The position numbers and the translations under genes are program-made. A stretch of 64,000 bases of DNA from an uncultured bacterium. Its GTDB lineage: Bacteria > Zixibacteria > MSB-5A5 > GN15 > FEB-12. A model generated the notes under the pieces. The model was not told where the DNA came from. It did no database searches and was given only the letters and a program-made list of their open reading frames with translations. The stretch is taken from positions 64,001-128,000 of the forward strand of contig CBDVDR010000004.1 in NCBI GenBank assembly GCA_965372795.1. Direction: 5' to 3'. Positions 18,746 to 29,555 of the stretch are shown piece by piece (position 1 is the first letter of the stretch; each line of letters begins with the position of its first letter).

Positions 18746-20422
18746 TTATAAATTTGTATAATTCGGACCTTCACCGCCTTGGGGAGTAACCCAGCGAATA
18801 ACCTGATAAGGATCAGCGATATCACATGTTTTGCAATGGACACAATTTGAAGGTGTTAATTGGAGTTTCAACTTCCCTTCACGATCAGGATCATCAACCA
18901 TTTGATAGACCTCTGCCGGACAAAAATGCTGGCAAGGATTACCGTATTCTTTGGTGCATTGATTATTACATATATCATAATCAGCTATTACCAGATGTGA
19001 AGGCTGTTCTTCTTCATGCATTGTCCCTGATTTATAAACATCGGTCAGTTTGTCGAAGTAATATTCGTTATCAAACTTTACTGAATCCTTCTTAGGCGGT
19101 GAACCAAACTTCTCTTTGTATTCATCAGTTTTCATCATGTAGGTATGGTCGGGGTTGTTTACTCTCCGGTTAAATAAACCAGAACCACCGGTAAGAATTT
19201 GCATCATGCCATGAAACATTCCAGAGAATAAGCCGCCTTTAAAGCCGGCGTGGAAATTTCTGGTTTTATAGAGTTCTTTTTTTGCCCAGCTATTATCGAA
19301 TTTAGTTTGGTATGATTTTAAAGATTCAGAAGAAAAATCATCTTTCTTCAAAGCCTCAAAGATACTCTCAGCCGCCATTATTCCAGATTTTATAGCGAGA
19401 TGAATACCTTTTAGTCGGGCCGGGTTCAACATCCCTGCTGAATCTCCACAAAGTAATAACCCGTCATGATACAATTTGGGAACAGAAAAATAACCATTAT
19501 CAGGGATAGTCTTAGCCCCATAATGAAGCATCTTGCCCCCTTCAAGAATTTTTTTAACAATTGGATGCTTCTTATATAACTGAAATTTCATATGCGGGTC
19601 GTTTTGTGGGTCGGGCGAATTTAATCCGGCTGCAAATCCAATGGAAACCATATTATTTGCCATACCATACAGCCAACTTCCACCATACTCATTATTCGGG
19701 AGCGGCCAACCAAAAGTATGAATTACCTGTCCGGGTTTGATTCTACCTTCCGGCACTTCCCAAACTTCTTTGACACCGGTGAGATATGCCTGAGGTAAGC
19801 TATCTTTTACAAGTTCAGGAATTTTTTCAAATGCCTGCCGAGTCAGCGATCCATGCACACCCTCACAAAGAATTGTAACTTTTGCTTTTATGATTGAACC
19901 CGGTTCAAAATTAGAACGTTGTTTTCCCTCTTTATCTAAGCCCATATCAACAGTTTGAACACCGGTAACTTTACCATCTTCAATAATGAGATCATACCCG
20001 GCTAAACCGGCAAAAATATCGACTCCGACTGATTCCACCTGCTCACCTAGCCAGGCCGTTAGTTTATTTAGAGAAACCACGTAACAACCATGGTTATTTA
20101 ATGAAGGTGGAGTAAACGGTAATTTTGTTGCGCCATTTTCTGATAGATAATAAAGTGCTTCGTTGGTAACTTCTGCCTCAAGAGGAGCAGATTTTTCTTT
20201 ATAATCAGGGATAAGTTCAGCTAATCCTTTCGGATCCATCACTGCCCCGGAAAGTGAATGCGCCCCCACATACGAACCTTTATCTATAAATAATATTTCG
20301 GGCATTTCCTGCGAATCATCGCTATTAATCATCTCAGCTAATTTATAAGCCAGAGATAATCCCGCAGGTCCGGCTCCAACAATTAGTATCTCAGTTTCAA
20401 GGATTTCTCTTTGGAATTCCAT
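18746..20422 (-). CDS. Electron transfer flavoprotein-quinone oxidoreductase
   Basis: VGAGPAGL FAD motif, HSLSGAV, KGIHLAIKSG, C-terminal CPAEVY...NCVHCKTCDI 4Fe-4S motif. Confidence 0.95.
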   Translation of the reverse strand: MEFQREILETEILIVGAGPAGLSLAYKLAEMINSDDSQEMPEILFIDKGSYVGAHSLSGAVMDPKGLAELIPDYKEKSAPLEAEVTNEALYYLSENGATKLPFTPPSLNNHGCYVVSLNKLTAWLGEQVESVGVDIFAGLAGYDLIIEDGKVTGVQTVDMGLDKEGKQRSNFEPGSIIKAKVTILCEGVHGSLTRQAFEKIPELVKDSLPQAYLTGVKEVWEVPEGRIKPGQVIHTFGWPLPNNEYGGSWLYGMANNMVSIGFAAGLNSPDPQNDPHMKFQLYKKHPIVKKILEGGKMLHYGAKTIPDNGYFSVPKLYHDGLLLCGDSAGMLNPARLKGIHLAIKSGIMAAESIFEALKKDDFSSESLKSYQTKFDNSWAKKELYKTRNFHAGFKGGLFSGMFHGMMQILTGGSGLFNRRVNNPDHTYMMKTDEYKEKFGSPPKKDSVKFDNEYYFDKLTDVYKSGTMHEEEQPSHLVIADYDICNNQCTKEYGNPCQHFCPAEVYQMVDDPDREGKLKLQLTPSNCVHCKTCDIADPYQVIRWVTPQGGEGPNYTNL

Positions 20423-20513
20423 ATAACACCTTCTAAATAAATGTTATATCGAATATAACTAATCATAGGTGTGAAAAAAAGCACAAAGATTTGTTAATTT
20501 AGAAATTAACTAA

Positions 20514-20999
20514 TTATTTACGAGTGGAAGATCCATGCCTGGAAGAATTTCTTCCCTGATGACCTCTGTTGGAAGAGCTTTTGCCATAAGAGGATCGCGT
20601 ATTGAAGCTTCTCGATTCTATAACTTCACTCTCGCCATTCTTGTTGATTTGAAGCATATCAGCAATTTTTTGTTTGTCACAGCCAACGGTTACAAGTCTC
20701 TTAGAACAAATAATGGGCTTTTTAATCAACGTATGATCCTGCACCATTAACTCATATACTTCAGTTCTTGATGGTAATTCCTTGTCCAATCCATTCTTTT
20801 TATATGAATCAGATGAGGTATTCAAAAAGTGATTCAGGTCCAAAAATCCAATAATACGATTAAGATCTGATACGCTCAATGGATTTTTTTCGATATCTCT
20901 ACTCTCAAGTAAAATACCGGAATCCTGAATGAATTTTTTAACTTCAGCACAGGGACCCTGTTCACCGTAAGAATAAAATTGTGCTCTGCGGGGTGCCAT
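20514..20999 (-). CDS. ArsC/Spx/MgsR family thioredoxin-fold protein
   Basis: RDIEKNPLS, LIKKPII, VGCD; only one Cys at the CxxC position (QGPC); Ser/Arg-rich tail. Confidence 0.8.
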   Translation of the reverse strand: MAPRRAQFYSYGEQGPCAEVKKFIQDSGILLESRDIEKNPLSVSDLNRIIGFLDLNHFLNTSSDSYKKNGLDKELPSRTEVYELMVQDHTLIKKPIICSKRLVTVGCDKQKIADMLQINKNGESEVIESRSFNTRSSYGKSSSNRGHQGRNSSRHGSSTRK

Positions 21000-21399
21000 A
21001 ATTCCTCCAATAAAATATATTATTATAAAATTTTCGTAATAAAGTCAGTTTATACTGATATAATTAAAGTTTTAAAAAGTAAAGGCCTTGACAAATTTTA
21101 AAAAATAATCTTTGAATTGGCGAAAACCTTAATAGACTGGCAACAAATAGTTTTTTTTCAATTTGTCAATAAAAAACTAAAAAATCGACCATTTACTTTC
21201 TTAGAAATAATCTCGATTTTGGGTGCAAGCCTTAACCTACACTTATGTAAAAAACTAATTAAAATAAAAGTCATGTTATGATTACTTTTTCGAGAAAATC
21301 TATTAAGAAACTTTATACCTACATAAATATAACGTAAGTTTCTCGAAAAATGTTCATTATTTTTTGTATCTTATATCCCTAACGATCTAATCATCTAAT

Positions 21400-22017
21400 T
21401 TAGATTCGAAGAGCTACCCCAATTCCATCTCTTATCGGCATAATAGTTGTGTAAAATCGACTATCATTATAAAGATTTTGAGTGAATTCAATTATTGCTG
21501 TAGTCTCTTTATCGGGCTTTTTATCACATACTTTACCAGACCAAATTAAGTTATCAGTAATAAATACTCCGCCTTTGCGGAGCTTTGATGCGGCAATGTC
21601 AATTGTTTTGGGATAATCTATTTTATCAATATCATTTAAAATAATATCAAATTGACCGTCAATCTTCTTAGCTACTCGAATTGCATCCCCGACTTTGAAA
21701 TCGAACTGACTTTGTAAACCAGCTTTTTTGAAAAAATCAAAAGCCATTTTCTTATTATTCTTGTCAGTATCTGTCATGGTAATATGCCCTTTGCCTTTTG
21801 TTGCTAAGGAAAACCAAAAAGCAGAATATCCAAAACCTGACCCTAATTCGAGAATTTTACGAGCTTTGATAGTTGTTGTCATCTGATATAAATAACGACC
21901 AACAAGCGGACCAATAATTGGGAAATCATTTTCCAGTGCGAAATGTTCCATCTCTTTTAGAACAGCCGGCCGTTCAGGGATAATTTTTTCAAGATAAGTA
22001 TGGACTTTTTTAAACAT
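21400..22017 (-). CDS. SAM-dependent O-methyltransferase (caffeoyl-CoA OMT/YrrM-like)
   Basis: ILELGSGFGYS, DIILNDIDK, ITDNLIWSG, IRDG. Confidence 0.9.
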   Translation of the reverse strand: MFKKVHTYLEKIIPERPAVLKEMEHFALENDFPIIGPLVGRYLYQMTTTIKARKILELGSGFGYSAFWFSLATKGKGHITMTDTDKNNKKMAFDFFKKAGLQSQFDFKVGDAIRVAKKIDGQFDIILNDIDKIDYPKTIDIAASKLRKGGVFITDNLIWSGKVCDKKPDKETTAIIEFTQNLYNDSRFYTTIMPIRDGIGVALRI

Positions 22018-22027
22018 AATTATATAC

Positions 22028-22348
22028 CTAATTCATAATCAAAAAAACTTGATCGTCAATAACTTCAACTTCGTATCTTTTCAATTTAAACTTATCATCT
22101 GTTAAGCAGTTCCCATTATTCAAGTCATATTTCCAGCCATGCCACGGGCAGGTAATTGTTTGGTCAACAATTGATCCTTTTGCCATGGAAGCTTTCATAT
22201 GTTTACACTCTGATTCAAACCCAATAAATTTCCCATCCAGATTTGCAACTGCGATTCTCTTTGCGAGAATACGCTTTTCAATAATTTTACCAGGAGGGAA
22301 CTCACTGATTTTTCCCATTTTAATTTTCTGATTTTTTATCATACCCAT
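22028..22348 (-). CDS. Rieske-type 2Fe-2S ferredoxin
   Basis: CKH...CPWHGWKYDL. Confidence 0.9.
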   Translation of the reverse strand: MGMIKNQKIKMGKISEFPPGKIIEKRILAKRIAVANLDGKFIGFESECKHMKASMAKGSIVDQTITCPWHGWKYDLNNGNCLTDDKFKLKRYEVEVIDDQVFLIMN

Positions 22349-22457
22349 AAAAATATAATTGTCAGTGAATTATCTATTGAATATCAAATAGAATGTACAA
22401 TATCAAACACGTGTTTAATTAAAGATAGCAATATTTATTGAAAAAGCAATGACTAAC

Positions 22458-24695
22458 TCAGGAAGTTACTAAATCTTTTTCTTTTTCAGACAACTTGTCA
22501 ACTATTGTCTTTGTAATTGCTTTTGACTTACGTTTTCTTTCATACATTGACCATGCACCTGAGAAAAAGACCAAAAATGTTCCGAACCAGAATAAGTTAA
22601 TAAGCGGTTTTTCGGAAAGCTCGATAACAAGTGAGGCTTCTTCAATATCTGCCTGCGATAAAAAATCACCTGTGACTTCAAGCATAACTGATCCGTCTTC
22701 CGGGTTCACACCGGCAATCAAAATACTTGCTTTATTATAATCAAAAGTTACAGCAACCGGGTCAACACCCATTTTTGTGACCTCTAAGTATGGTTCAATT
22801 ACTTCTGATTTACCATCATATTCAACGGTTAACAATGCTGTCGCTTTAGAGAGAGATTCCGTATCACCATGACTATCAAGTTCGAAATCTTTAAAAGTCA
22901 GTTTGTATTTATCAATTATAGCAGATGCACCTTTTTGAAGAGAGATAATTGATCTATCAGAATCCTGACCAGGTTTAAAAGCGACCGGTGCCAGATAAAG
23001 ATCATAGGCTGCCCTTTTTTCCACATGAGGTTTCTTCATGACTCCGTCACTATTTTTTGGAAATTCATGAGGTAATATGGCAACAAAATCCATACCTTTT
23101 CCCTCTACCTCTACATGGCAATTAAATCCTTTTGGATTATCAACCGATTCGACAAACTTCAACTGATATCCCATAGCATTTACAATTTCGTTTTGAGGAA
23201 GAGTAATCGTTTTCTTCGTTTCGAATCCGGCTGATGCTGCCGCACCGATAAGAGCAATGGCAAGTCCAACATGAGAAAAATAGCCGGGTTGAATTCTTCT
23301 TTTCTTGCTATTAACAAAAATCACATATCCATTAGCTGTTATTGCTGAAACAGCAAATGAAAAGAATAATAAATAAATAAATTCAGAGGTTATGCCGGTG
23401 ATCAACAAAATTAAAGTTGTCAGTACAGCAGCAATTCCTCCAAGTTTTAGAATAATTGGCTTTGAGATTCCTTCATTCCATTTGAATGCCGGAAATATAG
23501 AAATCAAAAATAACAGGACGATTGCTATTGGAGTCATTGTTGCAAAATAGTAAGATAAACCAACATTTGAAGGGTTATCAGTCATTCTCGATAACAAGGG
23601 TGCTGAGGTTCCCAAAAGAATAAGTACGCCACCAACGAAAAGGATTAAAACTCCGATTGTAACTAAATATGATCGGGAGTTAATTTTAGAAAATGACGGC
23701 TCGGGCGAAATATCTTGCCATCGATAAAGAAGTAGAAATAAGCCCATTCCAATAAAGAATATTAATCCACCCGTAAGATATTGATTTATCCCCAGATCGA
23801 CAAATGAATGAACTGAAAAATCAGCTAGCACTCCCGAACGGGTCAAAAAAGTACCATAGAGAACTGACCAGAAAGTTAAACTGACTATAAACAGAGAGAA
23901 TCGCAACAATCCCCTTCGCTGTCTTTTAATAAATAACGAATGTATCTGAGTCGTTAAAAATACCCAGGGAATGAAAGAGGAATTCTCAACCGGATCCCAT
24001 GCCCAGAAGCCACCCCAACCCAAAGTCTTATATGCCCAGTAACCTCCCATTACCAAAGAGGTACCCAGCGCAACCCAGGCAAACATAGTCCATTTCCGAG
24101 CATATTCCGCCCATAAATTGTATTTCCGTTCAACCAGAGCTGTCATCGCAAAGCAGAATGGAAATACCACTGCTGCAAAACCTACAAACATTATCGGAGG
24201 ATGAATCGTCATCCAAAAATTTTGTAATAATGGATTTAAACCCTGCCCCTCTGATTGAGCCACTGGCAAAAGTTCAAAAGGTGATTTTTTTAAGAGTATC
24301 AATATAATCGAAATGATAAATAAATTCAAAAAGACCATATTTCCCTTTTCGAATTTTCCTGATGTATACATCATTACCAATCCAAAAATCGATGCAAAAA
24401 ATATCCAGAGTAAAAAGGTTCCTTCCTGGCCACCCCATAAAGTTGCAATCAAATACCCCAAAGGCAGATCGGTGGAAGAATAAGAAAATACATAGGCAAC
24501 AGAAAAGTTATGGGATAAAATTAGATACATTAAATCAAAAATAGCCAGACACAAAAACATTGTTGTCATAACATAGAACCCGCGGGCAAGGTTATGAAGG
24601 TCCTCTTTGCCTCTCCAGAATAATATATATAGAGCCATTGATGCTATTGCACAACTTAAGGCTGCAAATATAAACAGATCACCAAAATTTGGCAT
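22458..24695 (-). CDS. ccmF: Cytochrome c biogenesis heme lyase CcmF
   Basis: WGGQEG, IHPP, LGWGGFWAWDPVEN (WWD motif), SVHSF. Confidence 0.92.
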   Translation of the reverse strand: MPNFGDLFIFAALSCAIASMALYILFWRGKEDLHNLARGFYVMTTMFLCLAIFDLMYLILSHNFSVAYVFSYSSTDLPLGYLIATLWGGQEGTFLLWIFFASIFGLVMMYTSGKFEKGNMVFLNLFIISIILILLKKSPFELLPVAQSEGQGLNPLLQNFWMTIHPPIMFVGFAAVVFPFCFAMTALVERKYNLWAEYARKWTMFAWVALGTSLVMGGYWAYKTLGWGGFWAWDPVENSSFIPWVFLTTQIHSLFIKRQRRGLLRFSLFIVSLTFWSVLYGTFLTRSGVLADFSVHSFVDLGINQYLTGGLIFFIGMGLFLLLYRWQDISPEPSFSKINSRSYLVTIGVLILFVGGVLILLGTSAPLLSRMTDNPSNVGLSYYFATMTPIAIVLLFLISIFPAFKWNEGISKPIILKLGGIAAVLTTLILLITGITSEFIYLLFFSFAVSAITANGYVIFVNSKKRRIQPGYFSHVGLAIALIGAAASAGFETKKTITLPQNEIVNAMGYQLKFVESVDNPKGFNCHVEVEGKGMDFVAILPHEFPKNSDGVMKKPHVEKRAAYDLYLAPVAFKPGQDSDRSIISLQKGASAIIDKYKLTFKDFELDSHGDTESLSKATALLTVEYDGKSEVIEPYLEVTKMGVDPVAVTFDYNKASILIAGVNPEDGSVMLEVTGDFLSQADIEEASLVIELSEKPLINLFWFGTFLVFFSGAWSMYERKRKSKAITKTIVDKLSEKEKDLVTS

Positions 24696-24732
24696 ACATT
24701 GCTCCTTTTAGTCCATTTTGTACATAAAAAAT

Positions 24733-25653
24733 TTACTTTTCTATTACCTTTTCACGACGCTTGCGTCGTTCAGTAGTTATTACTTCTACATTTTCATCAG
24801 ATAAATCAAGAAGTTTGCTGATCACTTCATCAACCAAAAACTGTGGTGTTGAAGCTCCGGCAGAAATACCAACCGATTCAATAGATGAGTTTTCATCAAA
24901 CAGGCTCACATCAATATCCTCAGCTGAGCCTATAAGTATCCCTTTACCACATATGGCGTTAGCTATTTTAGCCAGTCTCTTTGAGTTAGCTGAACTTTGA
25001 GACCCAACGACTAAAACTATATCAACTTGAGGGGCTAAATCCATAATTGCCGATTGTCGCTGACTGGTTGCATTACAAATTGTATTAAAAATTTCAATAT
25101 GTGGCCACTTTTCTTGAGCCATTTTTATTATATCTTCAAATGACTCCTGATGAGCAGTAGTTTGAACGGTCAACCCTAATTTGGTATCCTTAAAATCTGG
25201 TAATGCAAGAAGTTCTTCAGGATTGGCAGCCACTGTAATATTATCCGGTGCATGACCGACAATGCCTTGAGTTTCATCATGGCTTGGATCACCATAATGG
25301 ATCACATGGTAACCATTTTTGATTACTTTTAGAATAATCTCATAAATTCTCTCAACCAAAGGACAAGTCGCATCTATAACTTTTAAACCTTTTTCTTTCG
25401 CCGATTCAATTACAGCCGGAGCAACGCCATGGGCTGATATAATTAATGTACCATCCTTGATACTATCCAAATTCGTAGCCTGACCGACTCCCATATCTAT
25501 AAATTTATTCACGACTGCTTCATTATGCACAATTTCGTTCATAATGGTAACTTGACCTTTTTCACTGGAAGCAGTTTCTTCTGCTATGTTGATCGCTCTT
25601 TTAACGCCCATACAGAAACCCTGATGGCGCGCCATAATTATTTTTTTTAGCAT
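24733..25653 (-). CDS. ispH: 4-hydroxy-3-methylbut-2-enyl diphosphate reductase
   Basis: GFCMGV, IVHN, SAHGV, DATCPLV, NTICNAT, SANS, AGASTP. Confidence 0.97.
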   Translation of the reverse strand: MLKKIIMARHQGFCMGVKRAINIAEETASSEKGQVTIMNEIVHNEAVVNKFIDMGVGQATNLDSIKDGTLIISAHGVAPAVIESAKEKGLKVIDATCPLVERIYEIILKVIKNGYHVIHYGDPSHDETQGIVGHAPDNITVAANPEELLALPDFKDTKLGLTVQTTAHQESFEDIIKMAQEKWPHIEIFNTICNATSQRQSAIMDLAPQVDIVLVVGSQSSANSKRLAKIANAICGKGILIGSAEDIDVSLFDENSSIESVGISAGASTPQFLVDEVISKLLDLSDENVEVITTERRKRREKVIEK

Positions 25654-26609
25654 GCTTTTTCCAAAAGTATTTTAGATTGATTAAATGCTTTATAAGAACT
25701 TCTGACCATCGGACCGGCTTCAACATGTCCAAAACCGATATCCTTTCCAATTTTGGCAAGTTCTGTAAATTCATCCGGATGGTAATATTTTTCTACCGGA
25801 AGATGAGATTCCGAAGGTCGTAAATACTGACCGATAGTTAAAATATCACACCCGGTGGAATAAATCTGATGCATCAGTTCTATTAGTTCATCGATATTTT
25901 CACCCAAGCCGACCATAAATCCTGTTTTTATTATTGGACGTGGGGAATAGTTTGAAGCAAATCTTAAGACTCCCAGAGAGCGGTCAAGTTTCGCTTTACC
26001 CCGAACTCTTTTATGAAGTCTTTGCACTGTCTCTACATTATGAGCAAATACGTCTACCCCGCTGTCGAGAACAATTTTAATAAGATTTTCATCACCGCTA
26101 AAATCTGGAACGAGGAATTCTACTTTAACTTCTTTATCCTGCCTTCGGAGGAGATCAATAGTCCGGGCAAAAATTGACGCTCCTCCATCAGGCAAGTCAT
26201 CTCTTGTGACAGAGGTGATAACAACTTGTTTTAATTCAAGCTTAGCTACCACATCGACAATTCGCTGCGGTTCCTCATTATCCAACCCCAGCGGCTTGGC
26301 TTTTATAACATCACAAAAATTACACATCCGGGTGCAATGTTTACCCAGAATCATAAAAGTAGCTGTCCCTTCATCCCAACATTCACGAATATTAGGACAG
26401 GCCGCTTCCTGGCAAACGGAATGTAAACCATGCTCGGCAAGAATATTTTTGACCCGCTTATAATTCGGACCAAGGTAAGCTGTGGTTTTCATCCAACGCG
26501 GAAGTGAAACCTTCGGAACCATGGCTCTTTCTTTTTGAGAAGGAGCTTTTGGGTTTTCAGCAAAAGCTGATTTTTGGCCAACCGATTGTGTAAATAAGAC
26601 TTTATGCAT
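25647..26609 (-). CDS. lipA: Lipoyl synthase
   Basis: CQEAACPNIREC, CTRMCNFC radical SAM motif, VRSSY. Confidence 0.97.
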   Translation of the reverse strand: MHKVLFTQSVGQKSAFAENPKAPSQKERAMVPKVSLPRWMKTTAYLGPNYKRVKNILAEHGLHSVCQEAACPNIRECWDEGTATFMILGKHCTRMCNFCDVIKAKPLGLDNEEPQRIVDVVAKLELKQVVITSVTRDDLPDGGASIFARTIDLLRRQDKEVKVEFLVPDFSGDENLIKIVLDSGVDVFAHNVETVQRLHKRVRGKAKLDRSLGVLRFASNYSPRPIIKTGFMVGLGENIDELIELMHQIYSTGCDILTIGQYLRPSESHLPVEKYYHPDEFTELAKIGKDIGFGHVEAGPMVRSSYKAFNQSKILLEKAC

Positions 26610-26635
26610 CTATTTAGTATATTATTAAATAACGT

Positions 26636-27232
26636 TTAATCCAGTAAAAACTTTTGTAAAAAATACTCCAACAATTTTGTATTATTTTCAAGCTCCGAGT
26701 GGAAAGAACTTGCCAAAACATTATCTTCTTTGACTAATACGGAAGAATTTTTAAAATCTGCAAGTTTTGTAACCTTTTCACCTACTCTTACAACTTTGGG
26801 AGCTCGAATAAACGAGACTATCAGCTTATTTCCATTTTCAAAGAGCTTTGTTTTAAGTTCGGTTTCAAAAGAAAATATCTGTCTTCCATAACCGTTCCTG
26901 ATAACATCAATATCAATGGCACCAAGAGATTTTATATTCGCTTGATTATCGACCACATTTTTTGCCAGCATAATCATACCGGCACAGGTGCCCCATACTG
27001 GCTTTGAACAGACAAATTCAGTAAGTGGTTCCCTTAAATTGAATCTATCTAAAAGAATATTCATGGTGGTTGATTCACCACCCGGAATGATTAAAGAATC
27101 AATTGTTTTTAGCTGTTCGGGCAGTTTAATCTCTTTGCCACGAGCTCCAATCAGACTAATCTGGTTCAAATGCCTTTCGTAGTCACCTTGGAGGGCAAGG
27201 ACCCCGATATTTATATTTTTGTATATGTTCAT
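26636..27232 (-). CDS. pdxT: PLP synthase glutaminase subunit
   Basis: GVLALQG, PGGESTT, GTCAG, FIRAP, FHSEL. Confidence 0.96.
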   Translation of the reverse strand: MNIYKNINIGVLALQGDYERHLNQISLIGARGKEIKLPEQLKTIDSLIIPGGESTTMNILLDRFNLREPLTEFVCSKPVWGTCAGMIMLAKNVVDNQANIKSLGAIDIDVIRNGYGRQIFSFETELKTKLFENGNKLIVSFIRAPKVVRVGEKVTKLADFKNSSVLVKEDNVLASSFHSELENNTKLLEYFLQKFLLD

Positions 27233-27312
27233 AATCTTTAAACAATCATAGTTGTAATTTCAAGGAAAATAAAGCGAAAAAATACGGTTCAAGTGATGAA
27301 ATTAAATCCAAC

Positions 27313-27341
27313 AAAAAAAAGCAGGCGAAAGCCTGCTTTTT
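27313..27341 (-). terminator. Terminator between pdxS and pdxT
   Basis: AAAAAAAAGCAGGC-GAAA-GCCTGCTTTTT. Confidence 0.8.
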
Positions 27342-27367
27342 AAGATATTCATTTTATGAAAATAGAT

Positions 27368-28252
27368 TTATCTGGTATGAAGAAGTTCTTCCTGATCTAT
27401 TGATGAGACCTGGATCCCTTTCATTGCCTGCCCCAATCCTCGTGAAGCCTCAACAATAATCCGGGCATCTTTCCAATGAGTAGTCGCACTAACAATAGCT
27501 TTAGCCCGTTTTTCAGGATTATCAGCTTTAAAAATACCCGACCCTACAAACACAGACTCGGCACCAAGTTCCATACACAAAGCGGCATCGGCCGGAGTGG
27601 CTACCCCGCCGGCGGCAAAATTCGGGACCGGAAGTTTACCGGTTTTTGCAACCATGCGAACCAAATCAATAGAAACCCGGTGTTCTTTTGCAATGCCATA
27701 CAATTCTTCATCAGACATAATCGTTAATTGTTTCATCATCGACCCAATTTCACGCAGGTGTTTAACAGCCTCAGAAACATCTCCGGTACCGGCTTCCCCT
27801 TTAGTGCGAATCATCGCCGCCCCTTCAGAGATTCTTCTAAGGGCTTCACCCAGATTTCGACACCCGCACACAAAAGGCACTTTGAAGGGCCATTTGTTAA
27901 CATGATACATATTATCAGCCGGAGTCAAAACTTCGGATTCATCTATAAAGTCGATTTCGAGTTGTTCGAGAACACGAGCTTCACTGATATGACCAATACG
28001 ACATTTTGCCATCACCGGAATAGTAACACATTTTTTAATGCCTTCAATAATATCAGGATCAGCCATGCGAGCTACTCCGCCTTCAGCACGAATATCGGAA
28101 GGAACTCTTTCAAGTGCCATAACAGCCACCGCACCGGCATCTTCAGCAATTTTAGATTGCTCAGGAGTAGTAACATCCATAATGACCCCGCCTTTGAGCA
28201 TTTCAGCTAAACCAACTTTTACTTTATGTTGTTTATCATTAAAATCGAACAT
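27368..28252 (-). CDS. pdxS: PLP synthase lyase subunit
   Basis: [36 protein letters not shown] at 28252 has SD AAGGAG (ORF track start 28285). Confidence 0.97.
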   Translation of the reverse strand: MFDFNDKQHKVKVGLAEMLKGGVIMDVTTPEQSKIAEDAGAVAVMALERVPSDIRAEGGVARMADPDIIEGIKKCVTIPVMAKCRIGHISEARVLEQLEIDFIDESEVLTPADNMYHVNKWPFKVPFVCGCRNLGEALRRISEGAAMIRTKGEAGTGDVSEAVKHLREIGSMMKQLTIMSDEELYGIAKEHRVSIDLVRMVAKTGKLPVPNFAAGGVATPADAALCMELGAESVFVGSGIFKADNPEKRAKAIVSATTHWKDARIIVEASRGLGQAMKGIQVSSIDQEELLHTR

Positions 28253-28340
28253 AATTGACTCCTTTTTAAAGATCGATAATGCCATATAAAAAGAGATTCC
28301 TTACTCTAATCATACGAAATTTCAGAGGAGATAATATAAT

Positions 28341-28369
28341 AAAAGAAGGGGCTTGAACACAAGCCCCTT
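28341..28369 (-). terminator. Terminator after the Rrf2 gene
   Basis: AAGGGGCTTG-AACA-CAAGCCCCTT. Confidence 0.75.
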
Positions 28370-28400
28370 AATTCATATTAGAGAAAATCTTTAGTAATAA

Positions 28401-28853
28401 TTACTTAGAAGATTTCTTTTTAGCGGTAGATTTAGTAACAGTTTTTTTTAGTGGGAGTTTATATTTCCCAAAATGCTCTTTTCCGAGCGCTTTTTTGAAT
28501 GATTTCTCCTGAGTTTCCCAGAATCCTTTAAGAGTACAGCATTTAAATTTATCACAACGACAGCCACCCTCTTCGGTGCATAAATTAAGATGAATAGGGC
28601 CATCAATAGCTTCGATAACATCCAAAAATGTAACTTCTTTAGGAGTTTTTGTTAAACGATAACCGCCAGTTACGCCTTGATAAGAAACAAGAATGCCGGC
28701 ACGGGTTAAATCTTTTAAGATTTTAGCCAAAAATTCGCGTGGAACAGACTCTGCTTCAGCTACGGAATTGATTGAGCCTAGTTTACCTTTTGGTAAATTA
28801 GACATATGCCTTACAGCACGAAGTGCATAATCAGATTTACGAGATAGTCTCAT
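28401..28853 (-). CDS. Rrf2 family (IscR-like) transcriptional regulator
   Basis: MRLSRKSDYALRA, FLAKILKDL, GVTGGYRL, Cys cluster CTEEGGCRCDKFKCC. Confidence 0.93.
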   Translation of the reverse strand: MRLSRKSDYALRAVRHMSNLPKGKLGSINSVAEAESVPREFLAKILKDLTRAGILVSYQGVTGGYRLTKTPKEVTFLDVIEAIDGPIHLNLCTEEGGCRCDKFKCCTLKGFWETQEKSFKKALGKEHFGKYKLPLKKTVTKSTAKKKSSK

Positions 28854-28937
28854 TTAAATATCCTTCCAAAAATAATAATGTTTATTGTCGATTTATAAGT
28901 CAATTCTTCCACTTTCAAGTTTTAGATTATACGTAAA

Positions 28938-28954
28938 AAGACTCATGTTGTCCA
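28938..28954. promoter_or_regulatory. Candidate IscR-type operator between Rrf2 and iscA
   Basis: AAGAC-TCATGTT-GTCCA (GAC-N7-GTC core) in the divergent intergenic region. Confidence 0.35.
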
Positions 28955-29193
28955 CAAAAATTATTAAGATTCTTTCTTTTTTTATCTATTTTAACTCTAT
29001 TTGTCATGGAATTGTCATTTTCTGACCGGGAAGTTTCATTTACCCGCTCTTATTGAATACTATTCATTGAAAACTAAAACAATTTTATAATTTTTTTGTT
29101 CCAACAAACTATTAGGGGGAACATTCTCTTATTTCTATATGTTAGTTTTTTGAATAAGAAATTATCCGTTGATTTAAACAGGAGAAGAATAAA

Positions 29194-29553
29194 ATGACTG
29201 AACAAACTAAAGTTGGAAATACTACAGATATAGTTGAACTTACCCCTTCTGCTATAGAAGAGGTTAAACGCCTGATAACACTTGAAAAAGAAGATAATTT
29301 GTATCTTCGCCTGGGTGTTGCCGCCGGCGGATGTTCCGGGATGTCATATACGATGGCTTTTGATTCTAATAAAAACCAATTTGATCGTGAATTCGATTAT
29401 GACGGTGTAAAAGTTATTGTTGAGCTTCGAGAACTTCGCCATTTATCCGGCACTGTTTTAGATTATAAAGGCGGCATGCTGGGTGGCGGATTTGAATTTC
29501 AAAATCCGAATGCCAAACGTTCTTGCGGATGCGGCTCGTCTTTTAGCAGCTAG
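29194..29553 (+). CDS. iscA: A-type Fe-S carrier (IscA/HesB/ErpA family)
   Basis: GGCSGMSY, NPNAKRSCGCGSSF. Confidence 0.93.
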   Translation: MTEQTKVGNTTDIVELTPSAIEEVKRLITLEKEDNLYLRLGVAAGGCSGMSYTMAFDSNKNQFDREFDYDGVKVIVELRELRHLSGTVLDYKGGMLGGGFEFQNPNAKRSCGCGSSFSS

Positions 29554-29555
29554 AT

